The position numbers were made by a program, and so were the translations under genes. The notes under the pieces were generated by a model, which was not told the origin of the DNA, searched no databases, and was given only the letters and a program-made list of their open reading frames with translations. Shown here in pieces: positions 1 to 9,870 of a stretch of 64,000 bases of DNA. The stretch is from Caldisericia bacterium (GTDB lineage: Bacteria > Caldisericota > Caldisericia > JAAYUI01): assembly GCA_963674785.1 (NCBI GenBank), contig OY771555.1, forward strand, positions 96,001 through 160,000. The letters run 5' to 3'. Position 1 is the first letter of the stretch; each line of letters begins with the position of its first letter.

Positions 1-322
1 GCCAGCCGACCATCACAATGGAAATAGTTGATACAATCTTTATTCCAGCATGAGCACTTCCAAATAAGAACCCGCAAAAGGCTGAAAGCAGAAATGGAAG
101 AATTGGTGATCCTGAAAATGGCATTTTTTTAAAATTCATTAATGCCTGTACATTAGCGGCGTTATTGCCGCCATCCATATTAAGAGCGAGTGGATGCCTG
201 AATTGAATGATTATGAGTCCTGCAGCTAAGATACTTAAAATCAAAAATGCAACTATCCAAGAGGAATGTTTCTTGATAAACCTTATGAACGGATTGTTTT
301 GGAATGTTGAAACTACTGTCAT
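1..322 (-). CDS. Integral membrane protein, possibly GT-C/ArnT-like glycosyltransferase (runs off window edge)
   Basis: Own translation from ATG 322: MTVVSTFQNNPFIRFIKKHSSWIVAFLILSILAAGLIIIQFRHPLALNMDGGNNAA...; open to position 1; TM helix then Asp-containing loop; ATGA overlap with thyX stop. Confidence 0.55.
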   Translation of the reverse strand, partial: MTVVSTFQNNPFIRFIKKHSSWIVAFLILSILAAGLIIIQFRHPLALNMDGGNNAANVQALMNFKKMPFSGSPILPFLLSAFCGFLFGSAHAGIKIVSTISIVMVGW

Positions 323-1758
323 TGTCCCAAATACTTCCTTCTCATCTCAGCCTCTTTTCCACAAGACATTCTACCTTCTCTACAAGCACCATAAAAGACG
401 CATGATGGTCCTACTCGAGAGAAAATCTTTGGAGCCTTTTCTTTGAGTAATGTCAACATTCTATCAGCATAATCCCTGATCTCCCACTGAGCACGATTGC
501 ATGTTCGAAGCAACAGGAAATGTATCAGCTCCCTTGCATTAATAGTTGTTACAACATTTATCGCCTGTCCTGATAACAATGTGTAGACCCTGTTTTCTGG
601 TCTCACCTCAAACCTGTCCATTGCAAGACTGAATGAATCATGAGAATTAACTGCAGACTTAAAGACTGAGTGTGCCTCTGTTACTTTTTTGATTGATTCG
701 GGCTCTATTATGTGTCGGCACTTATAAAGATTCGAGAAATTTGGAATAATGATTGACTGGATTCTGTGCCTCACAAGGTGTGTTAGAGTTGGAAGACTCA
801 TCCCTCGGAGAGAGAAGGTGAAATTTACCTGTTCAAGCTCCCTGGCATGTCTGTGTTTTAAAACCTCATCAATAACTTTGTCTTCAATTTCATCAGTTAT
901 TGCTTCATCGACTTCATTCGAATCCATACCTGTATCGGCCATAATTGCTGCTTTTGTGAGTGTTCTATCGGGATCAGGAGTACAAGCGATGATATCGACA
1001 CCCACTCTCGTATCGACATCATCTTTTTTTGTAATTAACTTGGAGATTGAATTCAAGTCTCTTGCTTTCCCAAATTCGAATGCTTCGATCTTTGAAAACA
1101 TTGCAGGGGCAACTCTGGAAAGCATTTTTTGCAGTGTTGCACCAATCCATGTGACTTCAGGGAAAGCAGCTCCACGACCATGAATTGCATCATATATAAC
1201 ATGAATCCATGTTCTTGCATTTGCTGTCAATATGAAATTTGACTTGAAAGAATACGGCAATATAAACCTTGCATCCTCCGGGGGAATCCCTATATCGAGG
1301 AGTTTTTTATACGCAAGAAACAGCCCTTCACAATAGTGAACATATCGCTGTGAAAGAGGACCATAAAACTCTGGTCCCACATATGGTTTATCTGTGTTCC
1401 CCCAAAGATCATTTTCTCCCTCGGGAGCAAGATATGGAACAATATATCCAGCATCAGCATGTGAAACATATCTCCTCGACTTCACAGTGAATGATGCAAG
1501 TCGATGAGTTATCATGTATTGCTCAACAAAAACAGAAACATTTTCAAAGGCTATTGTAAAATTTGCGTGTTCAGAAACTGATTTGTGTCCCATTCCAATT
1601 ATTCTTCGAAGTGAATCAGGGTGTCCACCTTCGGGAGTTTTTTCATATATCTCAGTTGGTTTTCCAGGCAGAGTCGAAACTCTAGCTGAAAGAGTACAAA
1701 TCCTCTGTGGATCATCAGTTCCTGTCAAAAGAGTCAATCTTGTATCATTGCTCTTCAT
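319..1758 (-). CDS. thyX: FAD-dependent thymidylate synthase ThyX, tandem two-domain form
   Basis: GHKSVSEHANFT, HRLASFTVKSRRY, EDARFILP, TANAR in domain 1; RHR, TINARELIHF, RAQWEIR in domain 2. Confidence 0.9.
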   Translation of the reverse strand: MKSNDTRLTLLTGTDDPQRICTLSARVSTLPGKPTEIYEKTPEGGHPDSLRRIIGMGHKSVSEHANFTIAFENVSVFVEQYMITHRLASFTVKSRRYVSHADAGYIVPYLAPEGENDLWGNTDKPYVGPEFYGPLSQRYVHYCEGLFLAYKKLLDIGIPPEDARFILPYSFKSNFILTANARTWIHVIYDAIHGRGAAFPEVTWIGATLQKMLSRVAPAMFSKIEAFEFGKARDLNSISKLITKKDDVDTRVGVDIIACTPDPDRTLTKAAIMADTGMDSNEVDEAITDEIEDKVIDEVLKHRHARELEQVNFTFSLRGMSLPTLTHLVRHRIQSIIIPNFSNLYKCRHIIEPESIKKVTEAHSVFKSAVNSHDSFSLAMDRFEVRPENRVYTLLSGQAINVVTTINARELIHFLLLRTCNRAQWEIRDYADRMLTLLKEKAPKIFSRVGPSCVFYGACREGRMSCGKEAEMRRKYLGQ

Positions 1759-1766
1759 AATAGTCC

Positions 1767-2321
1767 CTACAGTCCCAACTCTTTAGAAATTCCCTTCATA
1801 GCCTCAAGACCAATTCCAATAAATTCTTCAAGACTCAATCCAAGGCTAATGCAGTTTTCGATTTGATCCCTGTTTGCTCCTGCCGCAAAACGCTTTTCTT
1901 TGAATCGATTCAAAACAAAAGGCACATCAATCGATGAAAGCTTTTTGTCTTTATGAATCAAAGCACAAGCAACAATCAGCCCAGTGAGAGGATCGCATGT
2001 GTGAAGAGCTTCATCCATTTTGCTGACCCTTTTAACACCGGTCATTGAGTTGTGACAGGAAACAGCATAACAGACATCTTCTGGGTAACCGAGTTCTTCC
2101 AACCACTTTGACCCAACAAGGGCATGTTTCTCTGGAGTTTTCTCAGTTTCAGTATAATCAATATCATGAACCAAGCCTGCCAAACCCCATAGTTCTTCGT
2201 CCTCACCAAACTTTTTTGCAAGCTGAGACATCACAGCCTCTGTAGCCAGCATATGTTTGATAAGATTCTTATTGCTGATCTTCTCTAAAACAAGCTTATA
2301 CGCAGATTCTCTGGTAATCAT
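1767..2321 (-). CDS. HD-superfamily metal-dependent phosphohydrolase (HDIG type)
   Basis: H...GLVHDID...H...HN...D motifs and FAAGANR; start moved to ATG 2321 because the upstream TTG overlaps a predicted -10. Confidence 0.85.
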   Translation of the reverse strand: MITRESAYKLVLEKISNKNLIKHMLATEAVMSQLAKKFGEDEELWGLAGLVHDIDYTETEKTPEKHALVGSKWLEELGYPEDVCYAVSCHNSMTGVKRVSKMDEALHTCDPLTGLIVACALIHKDKKLSSIDVPFVLNRFKEKRFAAGANRDQIENCISLGLSLEEFIGIGLEAMKGISKELGL

Positions 2322-2613
2322 GAGCCACCCTTTTATATTGATTATCGCAAACTCCAATTCTATTCATAGGACATGGAATGGTCAAGTTTTTATCTGGAAT
2401 AGAGTAGTGTGAAATATTTACACGAACATTTACCGAAAATAGCCATTTTTTCTGTATTGACTATATTGAATAAGAACTGCATTTTCTTCCGAAATAATCT
2501 ATGTTTCTAGGTAATATATCGACTTGCAGAAAAAATACCAGTTTACAATTTGGAAATAATAATTATTTGCAAAAGCTTTGTTTTCATGGCATTATAATGG
2601 TAAGAGTCGTAAT

Positions 2614-3180
2614 ATGAATGATTCATCAGAACTGAAAAAAATGCTTAGAGGAGACTCAGTTCTCCTTAGACCTATGGTTGAGCAAGACCTTGCAACAAGG
2701 TCATTTTGGATGATGGATTCTGAAATTCTTTCCATGATGGGTTACCCAAAATCTATTGCTGAGAGAAAAATAAGCAATAACGACGCACTTGCCGAAAGTC
2801 ATAGATGGTTTCGCAAAAGAAAGGAAAGAAACGATTTTGTCTGGGCAATTGACCACGATGGGAAGTTAGTCGGAGATATTACTGCCCACATATACGAGAC
2901 TCAAAAAAGGGCAGAGCTCTATATTGTCATTGGAGATAAAACGATGTGGGGGAAAGGTCTTGGGAAAGAGGCCTGTATCCTAGTTTTAGATGAGATATTT
3001 AGAACGTCTGACCTTTACTACATAGACACATATATAACACCTGAAAACACGAGAAGCCTTTCATTAGCACTTTCACTCGGGTTTACTACATTTGGAACTC
3101 AAACAGGTGGCACAAAGGTTTTAAGACTCATCAAAAAAACATGGGAAATCAGAAACAGAAGGAAACTTAGTCCCTTTTAA
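2614..3180 (+). CDS. GNAT family (RimJ/RimL-like) N-acetyltransferase
   Basis: LRP..., AELYIVIGDK..WGKGLG, EN.RS...SLGF. Confidence 0.85.
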   Translation: MNDSSELKKMLRGDSVLLRPMVEQDLATRSFWMMDSEILSMMGYPKSIAERKISNNDALAESHRWFRKRKERNDFVWAIDHDGKLVGDITAHIYETQKRAELYIVIGDKTMWGKGLGKEACILVLDEIFRTSDLYYIDTYITPENTRSLSLALSLGFTTFGTQTGGTKVLRLIKKTWEIRNRRKLSPF

Positions 3181-4151
3181 GGTTTACCAGCCCAACTCAG
3201 GGATGATGAAAGTGGATTCATGCTCTTTCCATTTTTATGTACCTCAAAATGGAGATGTGGGCATGTCGATCGACCTGTTGATCCACACGATCCAATCCAG
3301 TCGCCGACATTCACAAAATCACCAACACCTACAAAGTATCCTGACAAGTGTCCGTACCTCGTAACATACCCAGAAGAATGCTGAATATCTATGCAATGGC
3401 CGTATCCTGCAAACCAGGAAGCTCGAATAACCTTACCAGCACCCGCAGCACAAATGGGTGTTCCAGAATCGGCAACAAGATCAACACCAGCATGGAATCT
3501 TCCACGCTCAGGAAGATAACCATATTTCGATGAAACACTAACACCCTGGATTGGCCAGTACTCAGGAATTCCATAATTTCCAGTTGGGTCTAGTTCTTCT
3601 GGGTTTACAGGAAGATACTCATCATTTATGTCAATCTCAACCTTCTGGACATCTCCACCAACTTTTTGTGTGCTTGCAGTAGCAGTTGAAGCGGCAGTAG
3701 TTGACTTCTTGGTAGATTGTTTCTGTTTTTCAGCTTGAGCCAGCAATAGCTTTTGTTTCTCTTCCTCTTCCTTCTTCTTTTTTTCAGCGAGAATTCGTTG
3801 TTCTTCTAAAGCCTTTTTCTCAGCTTCAACCCTTGCAAAAATAATATCATTAGCATTATCAATTATTCTGTTCGATGTAAAAATCACATCATCGAAAATA
3901 ATGTTCTTCTCACATATTATTTCTGAAACAGAGATAACCGCGGAAGTTGATATATAAGTTTCATCAACTAGAACTGAGTCAAAAGAAGATGAAAAAGAGA
4001 TGGAAAAACCAAAAACTACAAGCAGGACAAACGCAAGGGAAACCGCCACTGAACCCAGGAGAAGAAAACTCTTTGCTCTCTTTCTTCGGTCTTCCTGGGC
4101 TTTCAGTTCCTTGAATCGATGCGGGTCAAAGAATAAACTTCCCTTGTTCAT
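3177..4151 (-). CDS. Membrane-anchored M23 family peptidoglycan endopeptidase
   Basis: N-terminal TM, coiled coil, HAGVD, YGHL, TGRSTCPHLHFEV. Confidence 0.92.
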   Translation of the reverse strand: MNKGSLFFDPHRFKELKAQEDRRKRAKSFLLLGSVAVSLAFVLLVVFGFSISFSSSFDSVLVDETYISTSAVISVSEIICEKNIIFDDVIFTSNRIIDNANDIIFARVEAEKKALEEQRILAEKKKKEEEEKQKLLLAQAEKQKQSTKKSTTAASTATASTQKVGGDVQKVEIDINDEYLPVNPEELDPTGNYGIPEYWPIQGVSVSSKYGYLPERGRFHAGVDLVADSGTPICAAGAGKVIRASWFAGYGHCIDIQHSSGYVTRYGHLSGYFVGVGDFVNVGDWIGSCGSTGRSTCPHLHFEVHKNGKSMNPLSSSLSWAGKP

Positions 4152-4214
4152 ATACTTACTTTACTCACACAGACATAGAAATGCAACAATAAAGACATAG
4201 TTTAATGGTAAACC

Positions 4215-4242
4215 TTGACACAAAACAACTGCATGCTAGAAT
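4215..4242 (+). promoter_or_regulatory. Sigma70-type promoter for tRNA-Trp-secE operon
   Basis: TTGACA-16 nt-(TG)TAGAAT. Confidence 0.7.
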
Positions 4243-4272
4243 TCCAGTCTTGTTAGAAGATAATTTTGATGC

Positions 4273-4348
4273 AGGTCAGTAGCTCAATTGGTAGAGCACC
4301 GGTCTCCAAAACCGGGTGTTGGGGGTTCAAGTCCCTCCTGGCCTGCCA
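4273..4348 (+). tRNA. trpT: tRNA-Trp (CCA)
   Basis: Cloverleaf: AGGTCAG/CTGGCCT acceptor stem, CCGGT-CT-CCA-AA-ACCGG anticodon arm, GGTTCAAGTCC T-arm, encoded CCA end; canonical position before secE. Confidence 0.97.
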
Positions 4349-4360
4349 GCGAGGACTAAG

Positions 4361-4696
4361 ATGGCAGCAAAAGCAAAAAAATCGAACTTCCTAGCGGACG
4401 TTTGGTATGAACTTACGACGAAGGTAGTTTGGCCAACATGGAAAAGGCTAAAGGTCGCAACAATTGTTGTTGTTGGGTTCATTATTATTTGGGCGTTAAT
4501 TCTTTACGGATTTGATTCTGCTTTCACGTGGTTCCAGGGCAAACTTGTGGACGATGCAGTTGTACAGAAAGAATATAACAATCTGATGGAATCAAGACAG
4601 CCAGACACTGAAGACGCAACTGACACCGACACAACTCTTCCAGAGGATTTTGAGATCCCAATCGAAGAGACAACCGCTCCAGAAACAAATCAGTAG
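4361..4696 (+). CDS. secE: Preprotein translocase subunit SecE with long acidic C-terminal tail
   Basis: EL..KVVWPT motif plus one TM; between tRNA-Trp and nusG; SD GAGGA before ATG 4361. Confidence 0.92.
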   Translation: MAAKAKKSNFLADVWYELTTKVVWPTWKRLKVATIVVVGFIIIWALILYGFDSAFTWFQGKLVDDAVVQKEYNNLMESRQPDTEDATDTDTTLPEDFEIPIEETTAPETNQ

Positions 4697-4728
4697 GAAG
4701 AAAAAAAGAAGGTATAAGGTAGGAAAAC

Positions 4729-5262
4729 ATGCCACTCCCAGAACGACACTGGTACATTTTACATACCTATAGCGGGTACGAGAATAAGGTAAAGATCAAC
4801 CTAACACAGAGGGTTCAATCCATGAATATGGAAGACCTCATTTTTAGGATTGAGGTACCGGTCGATTTCCAGGTCAAACTTAAAGACGGTAAGAGACAGA
4901 TTTTACCAGAAAAGGTTTATCCTGGTTATGTTCTTGTTGAGATGGTTATGACAGACCAATCCTGGTATGTCGTAAGAAACACACCTGGTGTTATCGGATT
5001 TGTAGGATCTGGTGGAAAACCACTCCCACTTGAAGGCCCTGAGGTTGATCACATGCTTGAACGTGTTGGTTTCGAAGAAGCCAAAGCAAATATCAACTTC
5101 AAAATCGGTGACTCGATTAGAGTTGTCGGTGGCCCATTCAATGAGATGATTGGTGTTGTTGAGTCAATAAACGACGAAAGAGAAAAAGCAAAAGTAAGGT
5201 TATCAATGTTTGGCAGAGAAATGCCAGTTGAACTTGACTTTGTAAATATAGAAGTAATTTAA
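4729..5262 (+). CDS. nusG: Transcription termination/antitermination factor NusG
   Basis: WYILHTYSGYENKVK, PGYVLVEM, KOW domain. Confidence 0.98.
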   Translation: MPLPERHWYILHTYSGYENKVKINLTQRVQSMNMEDLIFRIEVPVDFQVKLKDGKRQILPEKVYPGYVLVEMVMTDQSWYVVRNTPGVIGFVGSGGKPLPLEGPEVDHMLERVGFEEAKANINFKIGDSIRVVGGPFNEMIGVVESINDEREKAKVRLSMFGREMPVELDFVNIEVI

Positions 5263-5277
5263 GGAGAACGATAAAGA

Positions 5278-5703
5278 ATGGCTAAGGTAATAGATGGATA
5301 TTTAAAACTGCAGATCGAGGCAGGAAAGGCAAACCCAGCTCCTCCAGTTGGTCCCGCTCTTGGACAGCGTGGAATCAATATCATGCAGTTTTGCAAAGAC
5401 TTCAATGACAAAACAAAGGATAAACCAGGAATGGTCATCCCTGTTGTTATTACAGTCTACAAAGACAAATCATACGACTTCATCTTAAAGACTCCACCAG
5501 CAGCTGATTTGATCAAGAAAGCACTCAAACTCAAATCAGGTTCAGGTGAACCAAACAAGAGAAAAGTTGGCAAATTGACAAAGGCACAGGTTGAAGAAAT
5601 CGCAAAGATCAAGATGCCTGACCTCAACTCAGCCAATATCGAATCTGCAATGAGAGTCGTTGAAGGCACAGCCCGTTCAATGGGCGTTGAAATCAAAGAA
5701 TAA
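5278..5703 (+). CDS. rplK: 50S ribosomal protein L11
   Basis: [25 protein letters not shown]. Confidence 0.99.
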   Translation: MAKVIDGYLKLQIEAGKANPAPPVGPALGQRGINIMQFCKDFNDKTKDKPGMVIPVVITVYKDKSYDFILKTPPAADLIKKALKLKSGSGEPNKRKVGKLTKAQVEEIAKIKMPDLNSANIESAMRVVEGTARSMGVEIKE

Positions 5704-5720
5704 CTAATTTCTAATAACTT

Positions 5721-5750
5721 GTGGAAGAGCAAAAAGCTCGATCGCACCAC
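5721..5750 (+). promoter_or_regulatory. Putative L1-binding autoregulatory hairpin upstream of rplA
   Basis: GTGG...CCAC outer stem with GAGC-AAAAA-GCTC inner hairpin just before the rplA SD, where L1-binding sites are known to lie. Confidence 0.55.
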
Positions 5751-5761
5751 ATGGAGGAAAC

Positions 5762-6466
5762 ATGAAAAAAGGCAAAAGACTTAAAGGTTTGTACGAAAAG
5801 ATAGAAGCAGACAAGCTCTACGAAATCCCTGAGGCAGTAAAACTTCTCAAGGATCTCAAATCAAGCAAGTTTGACGAAACTGTCGAGATTGCAATGAAGC
5901 TCGGAGTTGACCCAAAACAGGCCGACCAGAACATCAGAGGAACAGTCGGGCTTCCAGCAGGAACAGGTAAAACTGTCCGCATTCTTGCCTTTGCTAAAGG
6001 TGAAAAAGAAGCAGAAGCAAAAGACGCTGGCGCTGACATCATTGCTGACGACGAAACAGTAAAAAAGATCCAGGGTGGATGGTTCGATTTCGATCTCGTT
6101 ATCGCAACTCCAGACATGATGGGTACCGTTGGTAGGATCGGTAAACTTCTCGGACCAAAAGGTCTTATGCCCAACCCAAAATCTGGAACAGTTACAATGG
6201 ATATCGGAAAAGCTGTTAAAGAGTTTAAATCAGGTAGAATTGAATACAGAGTCAACAAATTCGCCGATATGAATGTTAGAATCGGAAAAGTTAGCTTCAA
6301 CGAAGAAGACCTTATCAGCAACATCACAACCTTCCTTCAGACAGTTCTTAGAGTCAGACCTGCTTCACTCAAAGGAACATACATCGAATCAATTACACTT
6401 TCACTCACACAGAGTCCTGGTGTCAAACTCGATGTAATCAAAGCTCGTAATTTTGTTGCAGCATAA
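5762..6466 (+). CDS. rplA: 50S ribosomal protein L1
   Basis: KFDETVE, LGPKGLMPNPKSGTV. Confidence 0.99.
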   Translation: MKKGKRLKGLYEKIEADKLYEIPEAVKLLKDLKSSKFDETVEIAMKLGVDPKQADQNIRGTVGLPAGTGKTVRILAFAKGEKEAEAKDAGADIIADDETVKKIQGGWFDFDLVIATPDMMGTVGRIGKLLGPKGLMPNPKSGTVTMDIGKAVKEFKSGRIEYRVNKFADMNVRIGKVSFNEEDLISNITTFLQTVLRVRPASLKGTYIESITLSLTQSPGVKLDVIKARNFVAA

Positions 6467-6512
6467 ATAAACATCAGTACATTACGTTCTGGAACCTTAA
6501 TAATACAATTTA

Positions 6513-6639
6513 GAAACCAAAGACAGTAAGTACCCCCGAGAGGGGATTAAACGAAAATGGCTTGCCGAGGTTTTGATTGATACTTTAGACATTCACAAAA
6601 AAGGTCACGTCAAAATTTCGGCGTGACCTTTTTTTATTT
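6513..6639 (+). promoter_or_regulatory. L10 leader RNA with attenuator/terminator hairpin
   Basis: CCAAAGACAGTAAG...CTTGCCGAGG matches the L10-leader pattern; followed by AAAAAAGGTCACG-loop-CGTGACCTTTTTT. Confidence 0.8.
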
Positions 6640-6660
6640 CTCAAGGAAGGAGGAAACCAT

Positions 6661-7191
6661 TTGTTAACTAGAAAAGAAAAAGAAACATCAGTAAAAGAGA
6701 TCAGAGAAATCTGGGATGCTTCAAAGGGAATGATCGTTATCGATTCACAGAAACTTGAAGCAGGTGCCATTTCAGAACTCAGAAAACAGTGTCGCGAAGC
6801 TGGAGTTAAACTTAAGGTTTTCAAGAACACCCTTGTAAAGCTCGCACTCAAAGATCTTGAAATCGAAGGAATTGACAAACAGCTCAAGGGGCCAACAGCC
6901 ACAGCTTTTGCTATGGAAGAAATGCCAGCAGCAGCAAAGGTATTTTCTGAATTCAAAAAGGACTACCCAAAGAAGCTCATCATCAAGGGCGGCGTCATGG
7001 AAGGCAAAGTCTTTGACGAAAATGGAGTCAAGCAGCTCGCATCAATCCCACCAAGAGAAGTTCTTCTTGGAATGGTTGCAAGCGCATTCAATGGTCCAAT
7101 CGTCAAGTTTGCAAGAGTGCTTCAGGCAAATATCACTGGTATCGCCCGTGTGCTTGATGCAGTAAGAGAAAAGAAAGAAAAAGCAGCATAA
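6661..7191 (+). CDS. rplJ: 50S ribosomal protein L10
   Basis: LRK...[21 protein letters not shown]; TTG start after strong SD. Confidence 0.97.
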   Translation: MLTRKEKETSVKEIREIWDASKGMIVIDSQKLEAGAISELRKQCREAGVKLKVFKNTLVKLALKDLEIEGIDKQLKGPTATAFAMEEMPAAAKVFSEFKKDYPKKLIIKGGVMEGKVFDENGVKQLASIPPREVLLGMVASAFNGPIVKFARVLQANITGIARVLDAVREKKEKAA

Positions 7192-7223
7192 AGACTGCAA
7201 AAAATAAAAAAGGAGACAATCAA

Positions 7224-7604
7224 ATGTCAAAAGACGAAATATTAGAAGCAATCGAAAAAATGACAGTTCTTGAACTCTCAGAACTCGTTAAAGCAATCGA
7301 AGAGAAATTCGATGTATCAGCAGCAGCAGCCCCAGTCATGATGGCCGGAGGAATGCCAGGTGCTGGCGGCGGAGATGCCGGTGGCGACGAACAGACCGAA
7401 TTCGACGTAATCCTTGTCGAAGTCGGACAGCAGAAGATTCCAGTAATCAAGGCAGTCAAAGAACTCTCAGGACTTGGACTCAAAGAAGCAAAAGCACTCG
7501 TCGATGCAGTTCCAAAAGCAGTCAAAGAAAAAGTCTCACAGGAAGAAGCAGACGAAATCAAAGAAAAGCTCTCAGCAGTTGGTGCTGTTGTCGAGATCAA
7601 GTAA
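7224..7604 (+). CDS. rplL: 50S ribosomal protein L7/L12
   Basis: [32 protein letters not shown]. Confidence 0.99.
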   Translation: MSKDEILEAIEKMTVLELSELVKAIEEKFDVSAAAAPVMMAGGMPGAGGGDAGGDEQTEFDVILVEVGQQKIPVIKAVKELSGLGLKEAKALVDAVPKAVKEKVSQEEADEIKEKLSAVGAVVEIK

Positions 7605-7631
7605 TAACAACTACAAACATAAAACTACATC

Positions 7632-7667
7632 AAAACCCCGCTTGTTTTTTAGCACTTGCGGGGTTTT
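7632..7667 (+). terminator. Rho-independent terminator after rplL
   Basis: AAAACCCCGC...GCGGGGTTTT inverted repeat. Confidence 0.75.
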
Positions 7668-7712
7668 GTAATGTATGTTATCCTTTAAACATTCCTTTGG
7701 AGGTGTAGAGAC

Positions 7713-8198
7713 ATGAAGACTCTGGTTGCCTACGCAACGAAATCTGGAACATCTGAAAAGTGCGCAAACCTTATCGCGAAGGAGTTTGACAATGTCGATA
7801 TTGTAAACCTGTCAGAAACTGCACATCCGCAGTTCCTTGAATACGATCTGATCATTGCTGGTGGTCCAGTCCGAATGGCCAACCTTCACGCACATCTGAT
7901 TAGGTTCTTGAAAGCAAACATCAGAAAGCTCGAAAAAAAGAATATCGCCCTTTTTATCTGTTGCATGGAACAGGGTGAAAAGGTTCAGGAACACATTGAA
8001 AAAGGATTCCCAAAACAGCTTCGTGAAGTAGCCCTTGCAATATCACATCTGGGCGCTGAGCTCAACTGGGACAAAATGGGCACGCTTGAACGTGCCATGA
8101 TGAAAAAAATTGTTTCATCCCAGAAGATTGATGAACCTTGTATCAATGAGGATGCAATAAAAGGATTTGTTGAGAAGATAAAGGCAAGCTTGGCCTAA
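7713..8198 (+). CDS. Flavodoxin-domain protein (HemG/Flavodoxin_5-like)
   Basis: VAYATKSGTSEKCA FMN loop, YDLIIAGGPV, ALFICC. Confidence 0.85.
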   Translation: MKTLVAYATKSGTSEKCANLIAKEFDNVDIVNLSETAHPQFLEYDLIIAGGPVRMANLHAHLIRFLKANIRKLEKKNIALFICCMEQGEKVQEHIEKGFPKQLREVALAISHLGAELNWDKMGTLERAMMKKIVSSQKIDEPCINEDAIKGFVEKIKASLA

Positions 8199-9865
8199 TC
8201 CAAATCTATCTGATAGAGATCATAAACAAAATTCATATCATCAGCCTTCATATTTGAGGGGAGTGAGAAAAGTAGTTTGTTTCCATCAAGTTGCACACTT
8301 TCTTCTTTTAGGTTATATGCATCCCATCCTTTCATAACAGTCTCGGTCTTACCCTCTGAAACGTTAAAAAGATTGAGAGTTGATTTTTCACCCTTCTTTG
8401 AAGAAACATCTGGTCGATAAACAACGTATTTCTCATTACAAATATCAATATCAGATTTCGATTCCAGAATAAAAAGCTCGATTAAAGATTTTGAGATGTA
8501 ATCAAACATAAAATATTTTTGACTACATAGATTCTTATTTGGAGGCGCATTGACTACATCTGCAAAATCGCAATCATTTCTTTCAAAAAACACAAACGCG
8601 GTCCTATTTTTTGAGTAATTGTTTATTGGATAAACAGAGCTAAAACTGTCAATAATAAAATCGAATGTTTGAAAAAAACTTATATCTTCGTTGGTCTTCT
8701 TGTATTCAAAATACTCTAACTCAAAATCCATATAATCGACAAAAGATCCAACCTCATTATCGGGCTTAACCACAACGCCAATTTTGATTGCGTGTCGCTG
8801 TATACTCGCATTTTTACACCTATCAATAATATTACGAGACCTGATCTTATCATATTTTTTAAATTCTGATACATCTTCTAGAACAATCTTCCTAGAATAA
8901 AACTCATCTATTTTGAGTTTTTCTGTCGAATCAAAAAACATTGCCCTATTGATCACATTAACAAAAACACAGACCTCATTCAGCTTATGTTCATAATAAA
9001 TATCCCATTCAATTTCATCGGGGCTTTCAGCAACAAGTCTTGGCTCTGGAATGACACCCTCTGCAAATTCTTTGTCCTCTAGATTGATGGCATAGACCTG
9101 AAAGCCTGAACATTCTCCAGCATCATTCAATTTTTCCCTCTCATAAGCAATCCAGTTTTTGCATATCTTCAAATTACTTCTCATCAATGAATGCTTTGTG
9201 GCACGTGTTTCATCAAAACCAAGCTTTGAAAAATATATATCATTCATCAAGGTATAATCTTTTGTATGCCGTCTATCAAGCCAAGCAATATAATCATCAT
9301 TCACTACGACATTATTCTCAAATTCATCGAAATCCATTACGGTTCGAACAGTTCCAATATGAGAAATAACGCCCGTTTCTTTATCCATCTTTTTTAGATA
9401 TATCCGGTCGGAACGATTATCAAGGTCAATGTGAGATGCAAAAATAAGATATTTTTCATTTTGTTTAATTGATGTTGATGCAATATTTGAAAGCAAAAGC
9501 TTTGGTCTATATTTTGAGTTTTTTAAATGAACAAAAATCCATGAAATCAAGAGTACCGAAACTGTCAGGATAATGATTAAAGTAGAAAAAATCTTTACCG
9601 ATTTTCTCTTCTTCGAAATTTTTTGAATGGCGACTTTTTCGGAATCTTCAAATCTATCCTTCCACACTTTCTGTTTTGCGAGTATCGAATCAGCAACCTT
9701 CAAAGCAGCAACTTCTGCATACCCCTGAGTTTCGGAGATGTGCTTTGCGAGACTCTCTCTAACCTCTTCAAAGGGTTTAAGGATTTCGTTTTCGTCAATG
9801 CAATTCTCACAATATTCTCCCAGCCTGTCGTGATTTCTACCACATGATTCACAAGTCTTACTCAT
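8195..9865 (-). CDS. Zn-ribbon + single TM + probable extracytoplasmic beta-propeller protein (paralog A)
   Basis: CESC...YCENC, TM at about aa 90-113, TolB-like blades (DDYIAWLDRR...DIY, NWIAYE). Confidence 0.65.
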   Translation of the reverse strand: MSKTCESCGRNHDRLGEYCENCIDENEILKPFEEVRESLAKHISETQGYAEVAALKVADSILAKQKVWKDRFEDSEKVAIQKISKKRKSVKIFSTLIIILTVSVLLISWIFVHLKNSKYRPKLLLSNIASTSIKQNEKYLIFASHIDLDNRSDRIYLKKMDKETGVISHIGTVRTVMDFDEFENNVVVNDDYIAWLDRRHTKDYTLMNDIYFSKLGFDETRATKHSLMRSNLKICKNWIAYEREKLNDAGECSGFQVYAINLEDKEFAEGVIPEPRLVAESPDEIEWDIYYEHKLNEVCVFVNVINRAMFFDSTEKLKIDEFYSRKIVLEDVSEFKKYDKIRSRNIIDRCKNASIQRHAIKIGVVVKPDNEVGSFVDYMDFELEYFEYKKTNEDISFFQTFDFIIDSFSSVYPINNYSKNRTAFVFFERNDCDFADVVNAPPNKNLCSQKYFMFDYISKSLIELFILESKSDIDICNEKYVVYRPDVSSKKGEKSTLNLFNVSEGKTETVMKGWDAYNLKEESVQLDGNKLLFSLPSNMKADDMNFVYDLYQIDLD

Positions 9866-9870
9866 TGTCC
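9681..9870. repeat. Direct repeat copy 1 (shared 5' end of the two Zn-ribbon paralogs)
   Basis: Aligns ungapped with 11291-11480 (offset 1610), many differences synonymous. Confidence 0.9.

Noticed and set aside
4316-4360. N-terminal extension of SecE in the ORF track
   Set aside because: Overlaps tRNA-Trp; true start is ATG 4361 with an SD
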